Origin: an uncultured Oscillospiraceae bacterium
Lineage (GTDB): Bacteria > Bacillota > Clostridia > Oscillospirales > Oscillospiraceae
Assembly (NCBI GenBank): GCA_963560135.1
Contig: CAUWNA010000040.1
Span: 9,734 to 73,733, forward strand
Length of the DNA: 64,000 nt
Direction of reading: 5' to 3'
The position numbers were made by a program, and so were the translations under genes. The notes beneath the pieces are model-generated. The model had not been told where the DNA came from. It was given only the letters and a program-made list of their open reading frames with translations, and did no database searches. Positions 1-9,138 of the stretch are shown in pieces. The first letter of the stretch is position 1. Each line of letters begins with the position of its first letter.

Positions 1-1
1 C

Positions 2-307
2 AGCCAGCTGGGCGCTCTGCCCCCACCCAGTCCTGCCCAGGCGGCGGAGCTGGCCTTTCAGTTTCATCACGAAATGACCCTTACCGGGGGCAATACCATT
101 CTGCCCCTGATTTACCTATCCTTCAAAGTTCCCTGCATCGCCCTGTGGGCCAGATTCTGCCGCAAATTTGGGGTCAGCACCCTGCACCGCAATGTCCAAG
201 AGCTGTATCGCCATATGCTCAACCGAGACCGGGCCGGTGCCGAGCGGTGGGTGGACACTTATCTGAGCCAGGCGGTCTCCGGGGATCAGCAAATTTACGA
301 GGATTAA
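2..307 (+). CDS. 3' end of an unidentified CDS entering from upstream of the window
   Basis: The frame of ORF 74..307 stays open back to nt 2. No RBS precedes the internal ATG at 74. No family recognised. Confidence 0.3.
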   Translation, partial: SQLGALPPPSPAQAAELAFQFHHEMTLTGGNTILPLIYLSFKVPCIALWARFCRKFGVSTLHRNVQELYRHMLNRDRAGAERWVDTYLSQAVSGDQQIYED

Positions 308-389
308 GCAGAAGCCTGTTTCTTTACTGTATCTTTGCCAAAAAGGCTGTATAATAGGTCGGTAAATTCAAATAGGAAGGAAACGAATC

Positions 390-1670
390 ATGCTCCCTGC
401 AATCTTGCTCTTTGCCGCAACCTATGTCCTCATGCTGACGTTCAGCAAATATCGTCCGTATATCGCCCTGGCTTCCGGTCTGATCTTCATTTTCACCGGA
501 ATGCTGCCGGTACAGGAAATTCTGCCTGCACTGGACTTCAATGTGCTGCTGATGATTGGCGGTACCATGGGTCTGGTGCAGCTGTTTATTGACAGCCATA
601 TGCCCGAGCGTATGGCCGATATGATTATGGAAAAAGTGCCCAACGTCCAGTGGGCCGCCGTGGCGCTGAGCCTGTTCGCCGGTGTCATCTCCGCCTTTGT
701 GGACAACGTGGCCACGGTGCTGATGGTAGCCCCGGTTGCTCTGGAAATCTGCAAAAAGCTGAAAACCAACCCGGTGCCCATCCTCATCGCCATTGCCGTG
801 TCCTCCAACCTGCAGGGCGCTGCCACTCTGGTGGGTGACACCACCGCCATTATGCTCGGCTCGGCTCTGGACATGAGCTTCATGGACTTCTTCTGGTATC
901 AGGGCAAGCCCTCCATCTTCTTTGCCGTGGAACTGGGCGCCGTGCTGTCGGCCGCCATTGTGTATTTCCTGTTCCGCAAGGAAAAGGGCAGCATCCCCAA
1001 GACCGGCACCCTTACTCCGGTGAACGACTACGTTCCCACCGTGCTGCTGCTGGGCGCCATCGGCCTGCTGATCTGCGCCAGCTTCGCTCCCGACAGCTGG
1101 AACCTGCCGGCAGAAACCAACGGCATCATCTGCTGCACCCTGCTGGTTGTCGGCCTCATCTACAACTTCTGCAAGAAGAAGCATCCCAGCGCTGTTTCGG
1201 AGCCGCTGATGGCCGTCGACTTTGAGACCCTGGGTCTGCTGGTCGGCCTGTTCCTGATGATTGGCGGCATCTCCAACATGGGTGTCATCGATGCCCTGGC
1301 TGCTGGCCTGGCCAAGCTGGGCGGCGGCAATGTGTTCCTGATGTTTACCATCATCGTGTGGGCTTCCGTGCTGATTTCCGCATTTATCGACAACATCCCC
1401 TATGTGGCCACCATGATTCCCGTGATTGCCGGTCTGGCCTCCCAGATGGGCTGCGATCCCACGCCCCTGTACTTCGGTCTCCTCTCCGGCGCCACCCTGG
1501 GCGGCAACATCACCCCCATCGGCGCTTCCGCCAACATCACCGCCATTGGCATCCTGCGGCGGGAGGGCAAGGAGGTCAAGAATTCCGACTTCTTCAAAAT
1601 CGGCATTCCCTTCACCCTGTCCGCCATTATTCCTGCCTATATCTACATCTGGCTGGTGTACGGCGCATAA
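390..1670 (+). CDS. ArsB/NhaD (SLC13/CitMHS-like) family anion/cation permease
   Basis: 426 aa polytopic membrane protein with family-typical segments (FVDNVATVLMVAPV, SSNLQGAATLVGDTTAIM, AFIDNIPYVATMIP). RBS AGGAAGGA upstream of the ATG. Confidence 0.8.
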   Translation: MLPAILLFAATYVLMLTFSKYRPYIALASGLIFIFTGMLPVQEILPALDFNVLLMIGGTMGLVQLFIDSHMPERMADMIMEKVPNVQWAAVALSLFAGVISAFVDNVATVLMVAPVALEICKKLKTNPVPILIAIAVSSNLQGAATLVGDTTAIMLGSALDMSFMDFFWYQGKPSIFFAVELGAVLSAAIVYFLFRKEKGSIPKTGTLTPVNDYVPTVLLLGAIGLLICASFAPDSWNLPAETNGIICCTLLVVGLIYNFCKKKHPSAVSEPLMAVDFETLGLLVGLFLMIGGISNMGVIDALAAGLAKLGGGNVFLMFTIIVWASVLISAFIDNIPYVATMIPVIAGLASQMGCDPTPLYFGLLSGATLGGNITPIGASANITAIGILRREGKEVKNSDFFKIGIPFTLSAIIPAYIYIWLVYGA

Positions 1671-1683
1671 TTCCTAAAAAATT

Positions 1684-1722
1684 GCCGTGCTGCTGCATCC
1701 TTTGCAGCGGCACGGCTTTTTT
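1684..1722 (+). terminator. Intrinsic terminator of the permease gene
   Basis: GC-rich hairpin gccgtgctgctgca/tgcagcggcacggc followed by TTTTTT, 14 nt after the stop codon. Confidence 0.8.
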
Positions 1723-1812
1723 ATGGGCGCAGACAAAAAATGACCGCCGGGGTATTCCCCGGCGGCGTGTAACCCCTAACTGCGCCAATCCCCCGCTCAA
1801 CAAGAGCGGGGG

Positions 1813-2432
1813 ATTTTTACTGTTAGCAGCGGCGGCACGCCGCCTCGCCTCTCCCTTTGGGAGAGGTGCCCAGTGCGCACACTGGGCGGAGAAGGGCTTT
1901 TTCACTGACCACAACGTAAAGTAACATTGCTGCCCTCTCAGTCACCTTCGGTGACAGCTCTCCCAGAGATGCGAATCAATAGTAGAAACCGGAAAAAAAG
2001 CGAAAAAAGATGACAAATAGTGCAAAGTGTTAGATAAATGCGGTATCCGGCAGCCAATCGAGATATACTTCAATTGGCTCAACGCCCGAACCGACATCCA
2101 AACCGCCCGCTACGTCCGCTCCTGCCAGGGCCTGCTGACACATATCTACTCATCCCTGGCATTTTCCGCACTTTTGTTGTTTTTCAACTATTGATTCGCA
2201 TCAGAGGGAGAGCCAAGTGGGGCGCTTTTCGTTCGTGGGTGCAGAGACAAACCTACTTGGTCGGCGGGGGGCATGCCCCCGCCCTACGCACGGGTGCACT
2301 CCTTCCCCCAAATTATTGAGCCGTATCGAACCGGGTGACACCCAAAGGTGCTGGTCTATTGCCAGGGTATCAGTCTCGTAATTGACAGCGGCGGCACGCC
2401 GCCTCGCATTGTCAGCGGCCACTGGCCGCCGC
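1813..2432 (+). repeat. Repeat locus R1: string of GC-hairpin modules plus one 3' core copy (2315-2403) and an extra terminal hairpin (2408-2432), interrupted by the MITE at 1969-2201
   Basis: Modules recur nearly verbatim at 22.7, 25.9-26.3 and 35.2-36.0 kb. They are cctctccctttgggagagg (1848-1867), gcccagtgcgcacactgggc, gtcaccttcggtgac, ctctcccagagggagag, ggcggggggcatgcccccgcc and attgagccgtatcgaaccgggtgac...gcggcggcacgccgcc. Confidence 0.85.
1969..2201. mobile_element. 233 bp non-coding MITE-like insertion
   Basis: Perfect 15 bp terminal inverted repeats: atgcgaatcaatagt (1969-1983) and actattgattcgcat (2187-2201). Flanked by direct CAGAG at 1964-1968 and 2202-2206. Uninterrupted paralogous sites at 35393-35412 and 35618-35637 read ctctccCAGAGggagag with a single CAGAG. 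No credible ORF inside. Confidence 0.7.
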
Positions 2433-2470
2433 AAAAAATACCTGCCGCAAATTGCAGCAGGTATTTTTTT
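2433..2470. terminator. Bidirectional terminator at the 3' end of the rnf operon
   Basis: Hairpin atacctgc...gcaggtat flanked by an A-run (left) and a T-run (right), 11 nt from the rnfB stop codon. Confidence 0.7.
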
Positions 2471-2480
2471 AATTCCGAAC

Positions 2481-3356
2481 TCAGGCATCCACAGCGGGGC
2501 CGTTGATGGGCTGGGTGGTGGGGTCTCCCAGGGTTTCCACCTTGGAGTCCTTGATCAGCTTCTTGGGGCAGACCGTGGCGCACAGGCCGCAGTTATCGCA
2601 CTTGGTGTAATCGATGCGGGCCAGGTTGTTCTCAATGGTGATGGCATCCTTGGGGCAAATCTTCTTACACAGGCCGCAGCCGATGCAGCCCACGGTGCAA
2701 GCCCGGGTGGTGGCAGCGCCACGGGCCAGGGATGCACAGGCGATGACCACATTCCGGTTGGGCTCTACCGGCACGATCAGGTTTCGGGGGCAGACCTGGG
2801 CACAGGCCATACAGCCCACGCACAGATCCTCGTCCACCTGAGCCACGCCGTCCACGACCTTGATGGCGCCGTACTTACAAGCCTTGGTGCAGGAGCCATA
2901 GCCCAGGCAGCCAAACTTGCAGGACAGGGGCCCGCTGCCGCCGACCTTGGATGCTGCCAGGCAATCATGGAAGCCCTCGTAGTTGGCCTTCACCTTAGCG
3001 CCCTTGGTCAGGTTGCCGTCTTTGTCATAGCTCTTGGCGCCGGAGCAGCGCACCATGGCTACCTTCCGGGTGACAGTCTCCGCCTTCACGCCCATAATGG
3101 CTGCCATGGCCTGAGCGCACTCGTTGCCGCCGGAGGCACACTTGCCAATCTCCGCCTCGCCCTTCAGCACAGCTTCCGCATAGGCGCCGCAGCCGGCATA
3201 GCCGCAGCCGCCGCAGTTGGCACCGGGCAGGCACTCGTTCAGCTGGTCCAGACGGGGGTCCGTCTCGACGTAAAAGATTTTGGATGCAGCCGCCAGAACC
3301 AGGCCGAACACCAAGCCCAGGCCGCCCAAAATTCCCAATGCAATCAAAATATCCAT
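2481..3356 (-). CDS. rnfB: Rnf electron transport complex subunit B (polyferredoxin)
   Basis: N-terminal TM helix, CGGCGYAGC motif and multiple CxxCxxCxxxCP 4Fe-4S motifs. Last gene of the rnfCDGEAB order. Confidence 0.93.
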   Translation of the reverse strand: MDILIALGILGGLGLVFGLVLAAASKIFYVETDPRLDQLNECLPGANCGGCGYAGCGAYAEAVLKGEAEIGKCASGGNECAQAMAAIMGVKAETVTRKVAMVRCSGAKSYDKDGNLTKGAKVKANYEGFHDCLAASKVGGSGPLSCKFGCLGYGSCTKACKYGAIKVVDGVAQVDEDLCVGCMACAQVCPRNLIVPVEPNRNVVIACASLARGAATTRACTVGCIGCGLCKKICPKDAITIENNLARIDYTKCDNCGLCATVCPKKLIKDSKVETLGDPTTQPINGPAVDA

Positions 3357-3368
3357 TCTTCGCCCTCC

Positions 3369-3947
3369 TTAGAAAATCTTCAGGCCGGAGAAGCCCATGA
3401 AGGCCAGCGCCAGCAGGCCAGCCGCCACCAGTGCGATGGGGAAGCCCTTGAAGCATTCCGGGCACTCGGCCTTGTTGACCCGCTCCCGGATGGAGGCGAA
3501 CAGGACGATGGCCAGGGTAAAGCCCAGGCCGCCGGCAGCGCCGTTGACAGTGCTCAGCAGGAAGTTGTAGCCCTTCTGCACGTTCACCAGCACCACGCCC
3601 AGCACGGCGCAGTTGGTGGTGATCAGGGGCAGGAACACGCCCAGAGCCTTGTACAGAGCAGGGACGAACTTCTTCAGGAACATCTCCACCACCTGCACCA
3701 GGGCCGCAATCACCAGAATGAAGGCCACCGTCTGCATGTAGGCCAAGTCCAGTGCCACCAGCACCAGATTGATCGCATAGCAGACTGCGGAGGCCAGGGC
3801 CATAACGAAGGTAACCGCCATGCCCATGCCCAGAGCCGTGTCAATCTTCTTGGACACGCCCATGAAGGGGCAAATGCCGTAGAACTTCACCAGAATGAAG
3901 TTTTCACTGAGGATGGCGCTGATAATAATACCGAGAATTGCTTCCAT
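3369..3947 (-). CDS. rnfA: Rnf complex subunit A
   Basis: 192 aa six-TM protein of the RnfA/NqrE family (GICPFMGVSKK, LPLITTNCAVLG). Confidence 0.93.
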   Translation of the reverse strand: MEAILGIIISAILSENFILVKFYGICPFMGVSKKIDTALGMGMAVTFVMALASAVCYAINLVLVALDLAYMQTVAFILVIAALVQVVEMFLKKFVPALYKALGVFLPLITTNCAVLGVVLVNVQKGYNFLLSTVNGAAGGLGFTLAIVLFASIRERVNKAECPECFKGFPIALVAAGLLALAFMGFSGLKIF

Positions 3948-4591
3948 TATTTTCCGGCCTCCTTCTTCTTAGATTTCCGCTCCAGGTGCTTCATCAGCCA
4001 CTGAGAGCCGGCAATGACGAAGCCCAGCACCAGGAAACCGCCCACAGGCATGACCATCTGCATGGCGGGGAACTGAGCGGGGATGATGCGGATGCCCTCG
4101 CCGCCGTTGAGAATGCCGCCGCCGAAGGTACCGCTGCCCAGCAGCTCCCGGATGACACACACCACAATCAGGGCCACGGTATAACCCACGCCCTGGCACA
4201 GGCCGTCCACCGCAGAGGCCAGCACGCCGTTCTTGGAAGCGAAGGCTTCCGCACGGCCCAGCACGATGCAGTTGACCACGATCAGGGGGATGAACACGCC
4301 CAGACTCTCGGACAGGGGCGGCAGGTACGCCTGCAAAGCCAGGTCCACAACGGTAACGAAGCCGGCAATGATGGTAATGTATGCCGCAATCCGAATCTGG
4401 TTGGGAATAAAGTTCCGCAGAGCGGAAATCAGCACGTTGGAGCAGATGAGGATGATGGTAACCGCAACGCCCATGCCAATGCCGTTAAACAGGCTGGTGG
4501 TAATGGCCAGGGTGGAGCACATACCCAGCAGCTGGACCGTGACCGGGTTCTTGGTCAGCAGGCCCTCTTTGAATTGCTTCTTGAAATTCAT
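3947..4591 (-). CDS. rnfE: Rnf complex subunit E
   Basis: 214 aa RnfE/NqrD family protein (NPVTVQLLGMCSTLA, IPLIVVNCIVLGRAEAFA). Start overlaps the rnfA region. Confidence 0.93.
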   Translation of the reverse strand: MNFKKQFKEGLLTKNPVTVQLLGMCSTLAITTSLFNGIGMGVAVTIILICSNVLISALRNFIPNQIRIAAYITIIAGFVTVVDLALQAYLPPLSESLGVFIPLIVVNCIVLGRAEAFASKNGVLASAVDGLCQGVGYTVALIVVCVIRELLGSGTFGGGILNGGEGIRIIPAQFPAMQMVMPVGGFLVLGFVIAGSQWLMKHLERKSKKKEAGK

Positions 4592-4606
4592 AGTGCTTCC
4601 CTCCTA

Positions 4607-5152
4607 TTAACCGGCAACGCAGGCCAGTGCTGCGTTGACACCGGAGCAAACTGCCCGGGAGGTGATGGTGGCACCGGTGATGGCATCGATGCTGCCGCCG
4701 TCCTTGGTGACGGACACGCTGCCGCTGTTTCCGGCAAACTGTCCCCGGAACTCCTCGCCGGCAGATGTCTTATCGGCGCACACGGCACCCAAGCCGGCAG
4801 TCTCCGCCTGCTTGATGATGGAAATGCCCAGCACGCTGCCGTCGCTGCCCACGCCCACCATCATGGATACCTCTCCATTAAAGCCGGTGGGGGCCACCTG
4901 CACAGCATAGCCGCTCTCGCCTTCGTAAACAGCCTGCACCAGCGGATTTGCCGCTGCATCAAATGTCGCAGGCTGACCGCCGCCGGGAAGGACGGCTGTA
5001 ATTGCCTCTTGGGTCTTCTGCTCGTTCAGCGAGGCAATGACAGGCTTCGTGACCTTGTTGATGCCTGCCAGAGCCACCGCCACCACGGAGGTAATCAGCA
5101 GCAGGGTCAGGGCCAGCCGGGCCACATACTTCACAGTGGATTCGCTTTTCAT
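4607..5152 (-). CDS. rnfG: Rnf complex subunit G (FMN-binding)
   Basis: 181 aa with an N-terminal anchor and the FMN attachment motif DAITGATITSRAV. Confidence 0.9.
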   Translation of the reverse strand: MKSESTVKYVARLALTLLLITSVVAVALAGINKVTKPVIASLNEQKTQEAITAVLPGGGQPATFDAAANPLVQAVYEGESGYAVQVAPTGFNGEVSMMVGVGSDGSVLGISIIKQAETAGLGAVCADKTSAGEEFRGQFAGNSGSVSVTKDGGSIDAITGATITSRAVCSGVNAALACVAG

Positions 5153-6144
5153 TACTTCGCCGCCTCCTTCTTCGGTGCGCCGAACTTCACAGGACGGCCA
5201 ATCCGGTCCAGCAGGACGACGCAGCAGTTCATAATCAGAATGGCATAGGACACGCCCTCGTTATAGCCGCCGAAGTAGCGGATGAGGATGGTCAGCACGC
5301 CGCAGCCGATGCCGAAAACGATCTGGCCCAGCTTGGTCACCGGGGAGGTGACATAGTCGGTAGCCATGAAGATAGCACCCAGCATCAGGCCGCCGCCGAA
5401 CAGCTGAGCAGCCATCCAGGTAATGCGGTCATTGCCCTGGGGGAACAGGAAGCTGAGAACAGCCACCGTGCCCATGAAGGCCAGGGGAATCCGGGCGGTA
5501 ATCACCTTGCGCCACAGCAGGTACGCAAAGCCCACCAGCAGAAGCAGCGCAGAGGTCTCGCCAATGCAGCCGCCCACATTGCCCAGGAACAGATCCAGCA
5601 CCGACTCCTCGCACATCAGGCCCTGGTGCATGTTGGCCAGGGGCGTTGCGGCGGTAACGGCATCCGGGGAGATGACACTTACGGCATTGCCGAAGCCCAC
5701 CTTGGTCCAGGTGCTCATAATCACCGGCCAGCTGAACAGGAACGCACGTCCTGCCAGCGCAGGATTGACAATATTCCGGCCCAGACCGCCGAAGAGCATC
5801 TTCACCAGCAAAATGGCAAAGGCAGCGCCCAGGATAATGGTCCAGTAGGGAATGGTCACCGGGCAGACAAAAGCCAGCAGCACGCCGGTAACGCAGGCGG
5901 ACAGGTCATACACCTTGCAGTGCATCTTCATCAGCTTGCAGTACAGCCACTCGAAGAACACACAGGCAGCCACGCTGACCATGGTCACGGTGAGGGCACG
6001 GAAGCCGAAGAAGAACACGCTGCCCAGCAGAGCCGGGGTCAGGGCGATCAGCACATCCCGCATAATGGTCTGGGTGGTGACGGGAGAATGCACGTGGGGA
6101 GAGCTGGAAATCGTCAGCTCATAAAAGTATTTCATCTGTGCCAT
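5152..6144 (-). CDS. rnfD: Rnf complex subunit D
   Basis: 330 aa polytopic RnfD/NqrB family protein (GGLGRNIVNPALAGRAFL, FMATDYVTSP). Confidence 0.93.
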   Translation of the reverse strand: MAQMKYFYELTISSSPHVHSPVTTQTIMRDVLIALTPALLGSVFFFGFRALTVTMVSVAACVFFEWLYCKLMKMHCKVYDLSACVTGVLLAFVCPVTIPYWTIILGAAFAILLVKMLFGGLGRNIVNPALAGRAFLFSWPVIMSTWTKVGFGNAVSVISPDAVTAATPLANMHQGLMCEESVLDLFLGNVGGCIGETSALLLLVGFAYLLWRKVITARIPLAFMGTVAVLSFLFPQGNDRITWMAAQLFGGGLMLGAIFMATDYVTSPVTKLGQIVFGIGCGVLTILIRYFGGYNEGVSYAILIMNCCVVLLDRIGRPVKFGAPKKEAAK

Positions 6145-6159
6145 ACAATTTCCACCTCC

Positions 6160-7476
6160 TTATTTCTTGGCCGCAGCAGCGGCGTTGCGAATCAGCTGCT
6201 TGCCCACCCGGAAGCCCAGCACCAGCGGCACGCTGGCAGGACAGGTGTAGGCGCAGGAGCCGCACTCGATGCAGTCCATCAGGTTGTTGGACTTCATTTC
6301 TTCCACATCCTGGCTCTGAATGGCCTTGTACATCAGCACCGGCATCAGCTTCATGGGGCAGGCATCGATGCATTTGCCGCAGCGCAGGCACCGAGCCTCC
6401 TCCACGGCGTACTCGTTGCTCCTGCCCAGCACGGTGACGGCATTGACGCCCTTGATGGTGGGCACATTCAGGTCATACTGGGCAACGCCCATCATAGGGC
6501 CGCCGGAGAGGACCTTGTAGGGATTCTCGGAATGGCCGCAGGCATCCAGCAGGTCGTTGAAGGCGGTGCCGATGGGCACCAGCAGGTTCTTCGGCTCCAT
6601 GAGGATGTCGCCGGAGACGGTCACGATCCGCTTGATCAGGGGCATCCCGTCGTAAACCACGTCGTAAATGGCCTTGCAGGTGGCAGCGTTGAACACAGCA
6701 CAGCCCACAGCGGCAGGCAGAGCACCAGAGGGGACCTCCCGGCCGGTGACGGCATAAATCAGCTGCTTTTCTGCACCCTGGGGGTACTTGGCCGGCAGCA
6801 CGTCCACCTTGATGGAATCGTCGGCGTGGGCCAGCAGGGACTTAACCGCCTCAGGCTTGTTGTCCTCAATGCCGATGTGGCCTTCCTTCAGGCCGAAAAT
6901 CCGCAGAATCAGCTTCAAGCCGCCAATCAGCTTCTCCGGCTGCTCCCGGCACAGCCGGTCGTCTGCGGTGATGTACGGCTCACATTCGCCGGCGTTGACA
7001 ATGACGGTATCCACCTTGCCAATGCCGCCGGAGAGCTTCACATGGGTGGGGAAGGTGGCACCGCCCATACCCACAACGCCGCCTTCACGGATGATGTCAA
7101 TCAGTTCCTGGGCCGTCAGAGCCTCCACCTGGGCCGGGGTCCGGGGCTGAATTTCCGGGGACAGGGTATCCAGATGGTCATTTTCGATCACCACGCTCAT
7201 CACCGTAGTGCCGCTGGTGTGGGGACGCATCTCCACCGCCTTAACCTTGCCGGACACGGAAGCATGGACAGGAACACACAAGCCCTGGTTGTCGCCAATC
7301 TTCTGACCGACTGTAACCAAGTCGCCCTTCTTCACCAGGGGCTTGCAGGGGGCGCCGATATGCTGCTGCATAGGAATGACCACAAGATCTGGAGCTGGGA
7401 ATTCCTGGGTCTGCTTGTCGCAAGCGTACCATTTATTTTCTTTGGGATGGACCCCGCCGAAAAAAGAAAACGCCAT
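6160..7476 (-). CDS. rnfC: Rnf complex subunit C (NADH-binding, 2x4Fe-4S)
   Basis: 438 aa with GGVHP, GMGGATFPTHVKL, and CLRCGKCIDACP plus CIECGSCAYTCP motifs. First gene of the operon. Confidence 0.95.
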   Translation of the reverse strand: MAFSFFGGVHPKENKWYACDKQTQEFPAPDLVVIPMQQHIGAPCKPLVKKGDLVTVGQKIGDNQGLCVPVHASVSGKVKAVEMRPHTSGTTVMSVVIENDHLDTLSPEIQPRTPAQVEALTAQELIDIIREGGVVGMGGATFPTHVKLSGGIGKVDTVIVNAGECEPYITADDRLCREQPEKLIGGLKLILRIFGLKEGHIGIEDNKPEAVKSLLAHADDSIKVDVLPAKYPQGAEKQLIYAVTGREVPSGALPAAVGCAVFNAATCKAIYDVVYDGMPLIKRIVTVSGDILMEPKNLLVPIGTAFNDLLDACGHSENPYKVLSGGPMMGVAQYDLNVPTIKGVNAVTVLGRSNEYAVEEARCLRCGKCIDACPMKLMPVLMYKAIQSQDVEEMKSNNLMDCIECGSCAYTCPASVPLVLGFRVGKQLIRNAAAAAKK

Positions 7477-7602
7477 TTTACTTCACCTCTTTCAAATTTT
7501 GCGGAACAAAGGCCGCACTTCTCCGCTATTTATAATACCGCACAAATTGTCATTTGTCCACAAGCATTTGGCATCTTAGCCAAAATTTTTTCATAAATCT
7601 TT

Positions 7603-7616
7603 TTGTATCGATACAA
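7603..7616. promoter_or_regulatory. Perfect 14 bp palindrome TTGTATCGATACAA in the rnfC / traX-like divergent promoter region (candidate operator)
   Basis: Seen directly in the sequence, 127 nt upstream of the rnfC start in an AT-rich spacer. The binding factor is unknown. Confidence 0.3.
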
Positions 7617-7804
7617 TATGACCGAATCTTTTTCATCACCGGTTTTCCCGGCCTTTTTGCGAAAAAGCAGCGCTTTTTTCCTGCATTTCACGGAAAAGCA
7701 GGCGAATATAACACTGCGCAACCGAAAATTGCGCCATAGTTGGTGGAGGCAACCATGGCGCTGTGGTATTCTTTTCGGGAAAACACATCCAAAGAGGATC
7801 TCTC

Positions 7805-8611
7805 ATGTCAACATTCACACGTTCTCTTCCCGGCGGCGGTCTGAGCATCAGCGCCATCAAATATCTGGCAGCAGCGCTGATGGTGCTCGACCACATACAT
7901 CAGATGTTCTATTTCCAGGGTGCACCGCTTTGGCTCAGCATGGCCGGTCGGCTGGTGTTCCCGCTGTTCCTCTTTGCCTGTGTCGAAGGCTTTGCCCACA
8001 CCCGGAGCAAAAAGCGCTACCTCAGCCGCCTTCTGCTGGGCAGTGCCGCTATGCCGGTTCTGACCACCCTCTTGCAGCAATGGATTTCCAATGAACAGGT
8101 GGTGCTGATGAACAATGCCTTTTCCACCTTTTTTGTGGCCGGGTGGTATATGCTGTGCTGGGACATCCTCACCGGCAGTGGCCCGCTGGGAAAACGCTTC
8201 GGAAAAGCCCTGGCGCTGGGGCTGGTTCCCATTCTGTGTACCCTTCCTCTGCTGGCGGTGGCCCAGCTTTCCACCATGGAGGCGGTACCCCTGCCCCTGC
8301 TGCGGGTTTTGATCACCCTGGCGCTGATGTTCCCCAGCCCCTTGACCTGCGAGGGCGGCTCTGCCATGGCGGCTCTGGGGATGGCATTTTACATTTTCCG
8401 CCGCCACCGGGCCATTCAACTTGCTGCGCTGTTGCTTTTGTCCGGCATTACCTATATAATAAGCGGCGGGTATCAGTGGATGATGGGCTTTGCCGCCGGA
8501 ATCCTGCTGCTCTACAACGGTCAGCGGGGAAACGGCAGCCGGCGCTTCTTTTACCTGTTCTACCCTGGCCACCTCGCCATACTATACTTGCTGTCCTGCT
8601 GGACGGCATAA
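7805..8611 (+). CDS. TraX family membrane protein
   Basis: Polytopic protein with the TraX-type N-terminus (LSISAIKYLAAALMVLDHIHQMF). ATG at 7805 is preferred over 7763 because of the AGAGGA RBS. Confidence 0.75.
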   Translation: MSTFTRSLPGGGLSISAIKYLAAALMVLDHIHQMFYFQGAPLWLSMAGRLVFPLFLFACVEGFAHTRSKKRYLSRLLLGSAAMPVLTTLLQQWISNEQVVLMNNAFSTFFVAGWYMLCWDILTGSGPLGKRFGKALALGLVPILCTLPLLAVAQLSTMEAVPLPLLRVLITLALMFPSPLTCEGGSAMAALGMAFYIFRRHRAIQLAALLLLSGITYIISGGYQWMMGFAAGILLLYNGQRGNGSRRFFYLFYPGHLAILYLLSCWTA

Positions 8612-8621
8612 GGAGGATTCC

Positions 8622-8988
8622 ATGCTTCTGACACAGCTGCTCGCCATTCTTGTACTGCTGGTTTACGCAGTCATTGCCGGTGCAATTCTTTATTTGTTTG
8701 TGTTGATTGTAAAAGCTCTGCGCAAATACATTCGTTCCCAGCCAGTGCGCCGGGAAAAGCAGGCCGTCTGCAAAAGCCTGGGCCAAGTGCTGAAGGAGCA
8801 TCGCCTCCGGTGTAAAATGACCCAGGAATTTGTAGCCGAGGCCCTGGGTGTGAGCCGCCAAGCTGTATCCAAATGGGAAAACGGCTCCTCCGACCCCAGC
8901 ACCTCCAATATTAATTGCTTTGGCCAAACTCTACGGCGTTTCCTCGGAAGAACTGCTGCGGGCCACCCAGGAGGACACGGAAGCGTAA
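8622..8988 (+). pseudogene. Membrane-anchored XRE-family HTH regulator, frameshifted near 8907-8912
   Basis: AGGAGG RBS, N-terminal TM helix, then the HTH_3 core MTQEFVAEALGVSRQAVSKWENGSSDPSTSN. The expected continuation LIALAKLYGVSSEELLRATQEDTEA* is in the +1 frame and ends at 8988. The original frame reads through aberrantly to 9275. Confidence 0.7.
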
Positions 8989-9138
8989 CGCCTGCTGCAA
9001 TTTCAGGATTCTCAGCATATGCTCCAGGTGAAATTGCTGCGCAAGGCGGAAGAAAACAGCCCCGCTCTTTTCCCTGTTTTGTCCCAATCTTCCTCCTCAG
9101 CGCTGAATCATTTTGCCTATATTTTGGTCACAAAACCG

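Noticed and set aside
2315-2345. The core start gagccgta.cgaaccggg resembles group II intron domain V (GAGCCGTAT...ACGGTTC). Its reverse complement, gggtgtcacccggttcg, resembles a tRNA T-arm.
   Set aside because: No 34 nt domain V hairpin can be drawn, because the two halves are adjacent with no intervening stem-loop. No acceptor, D or anticodon arms exist, and the T-arm would have only about 3 bp. No reverse transcriptase or other intron domains are nearby.
7603-7616. Rex operator upstream of rnfC.
   Set aside because: The 14 bp palindrome TTGTATCGATACAA does not fit the 18 bp Rex consensus in length or in its inner positions.
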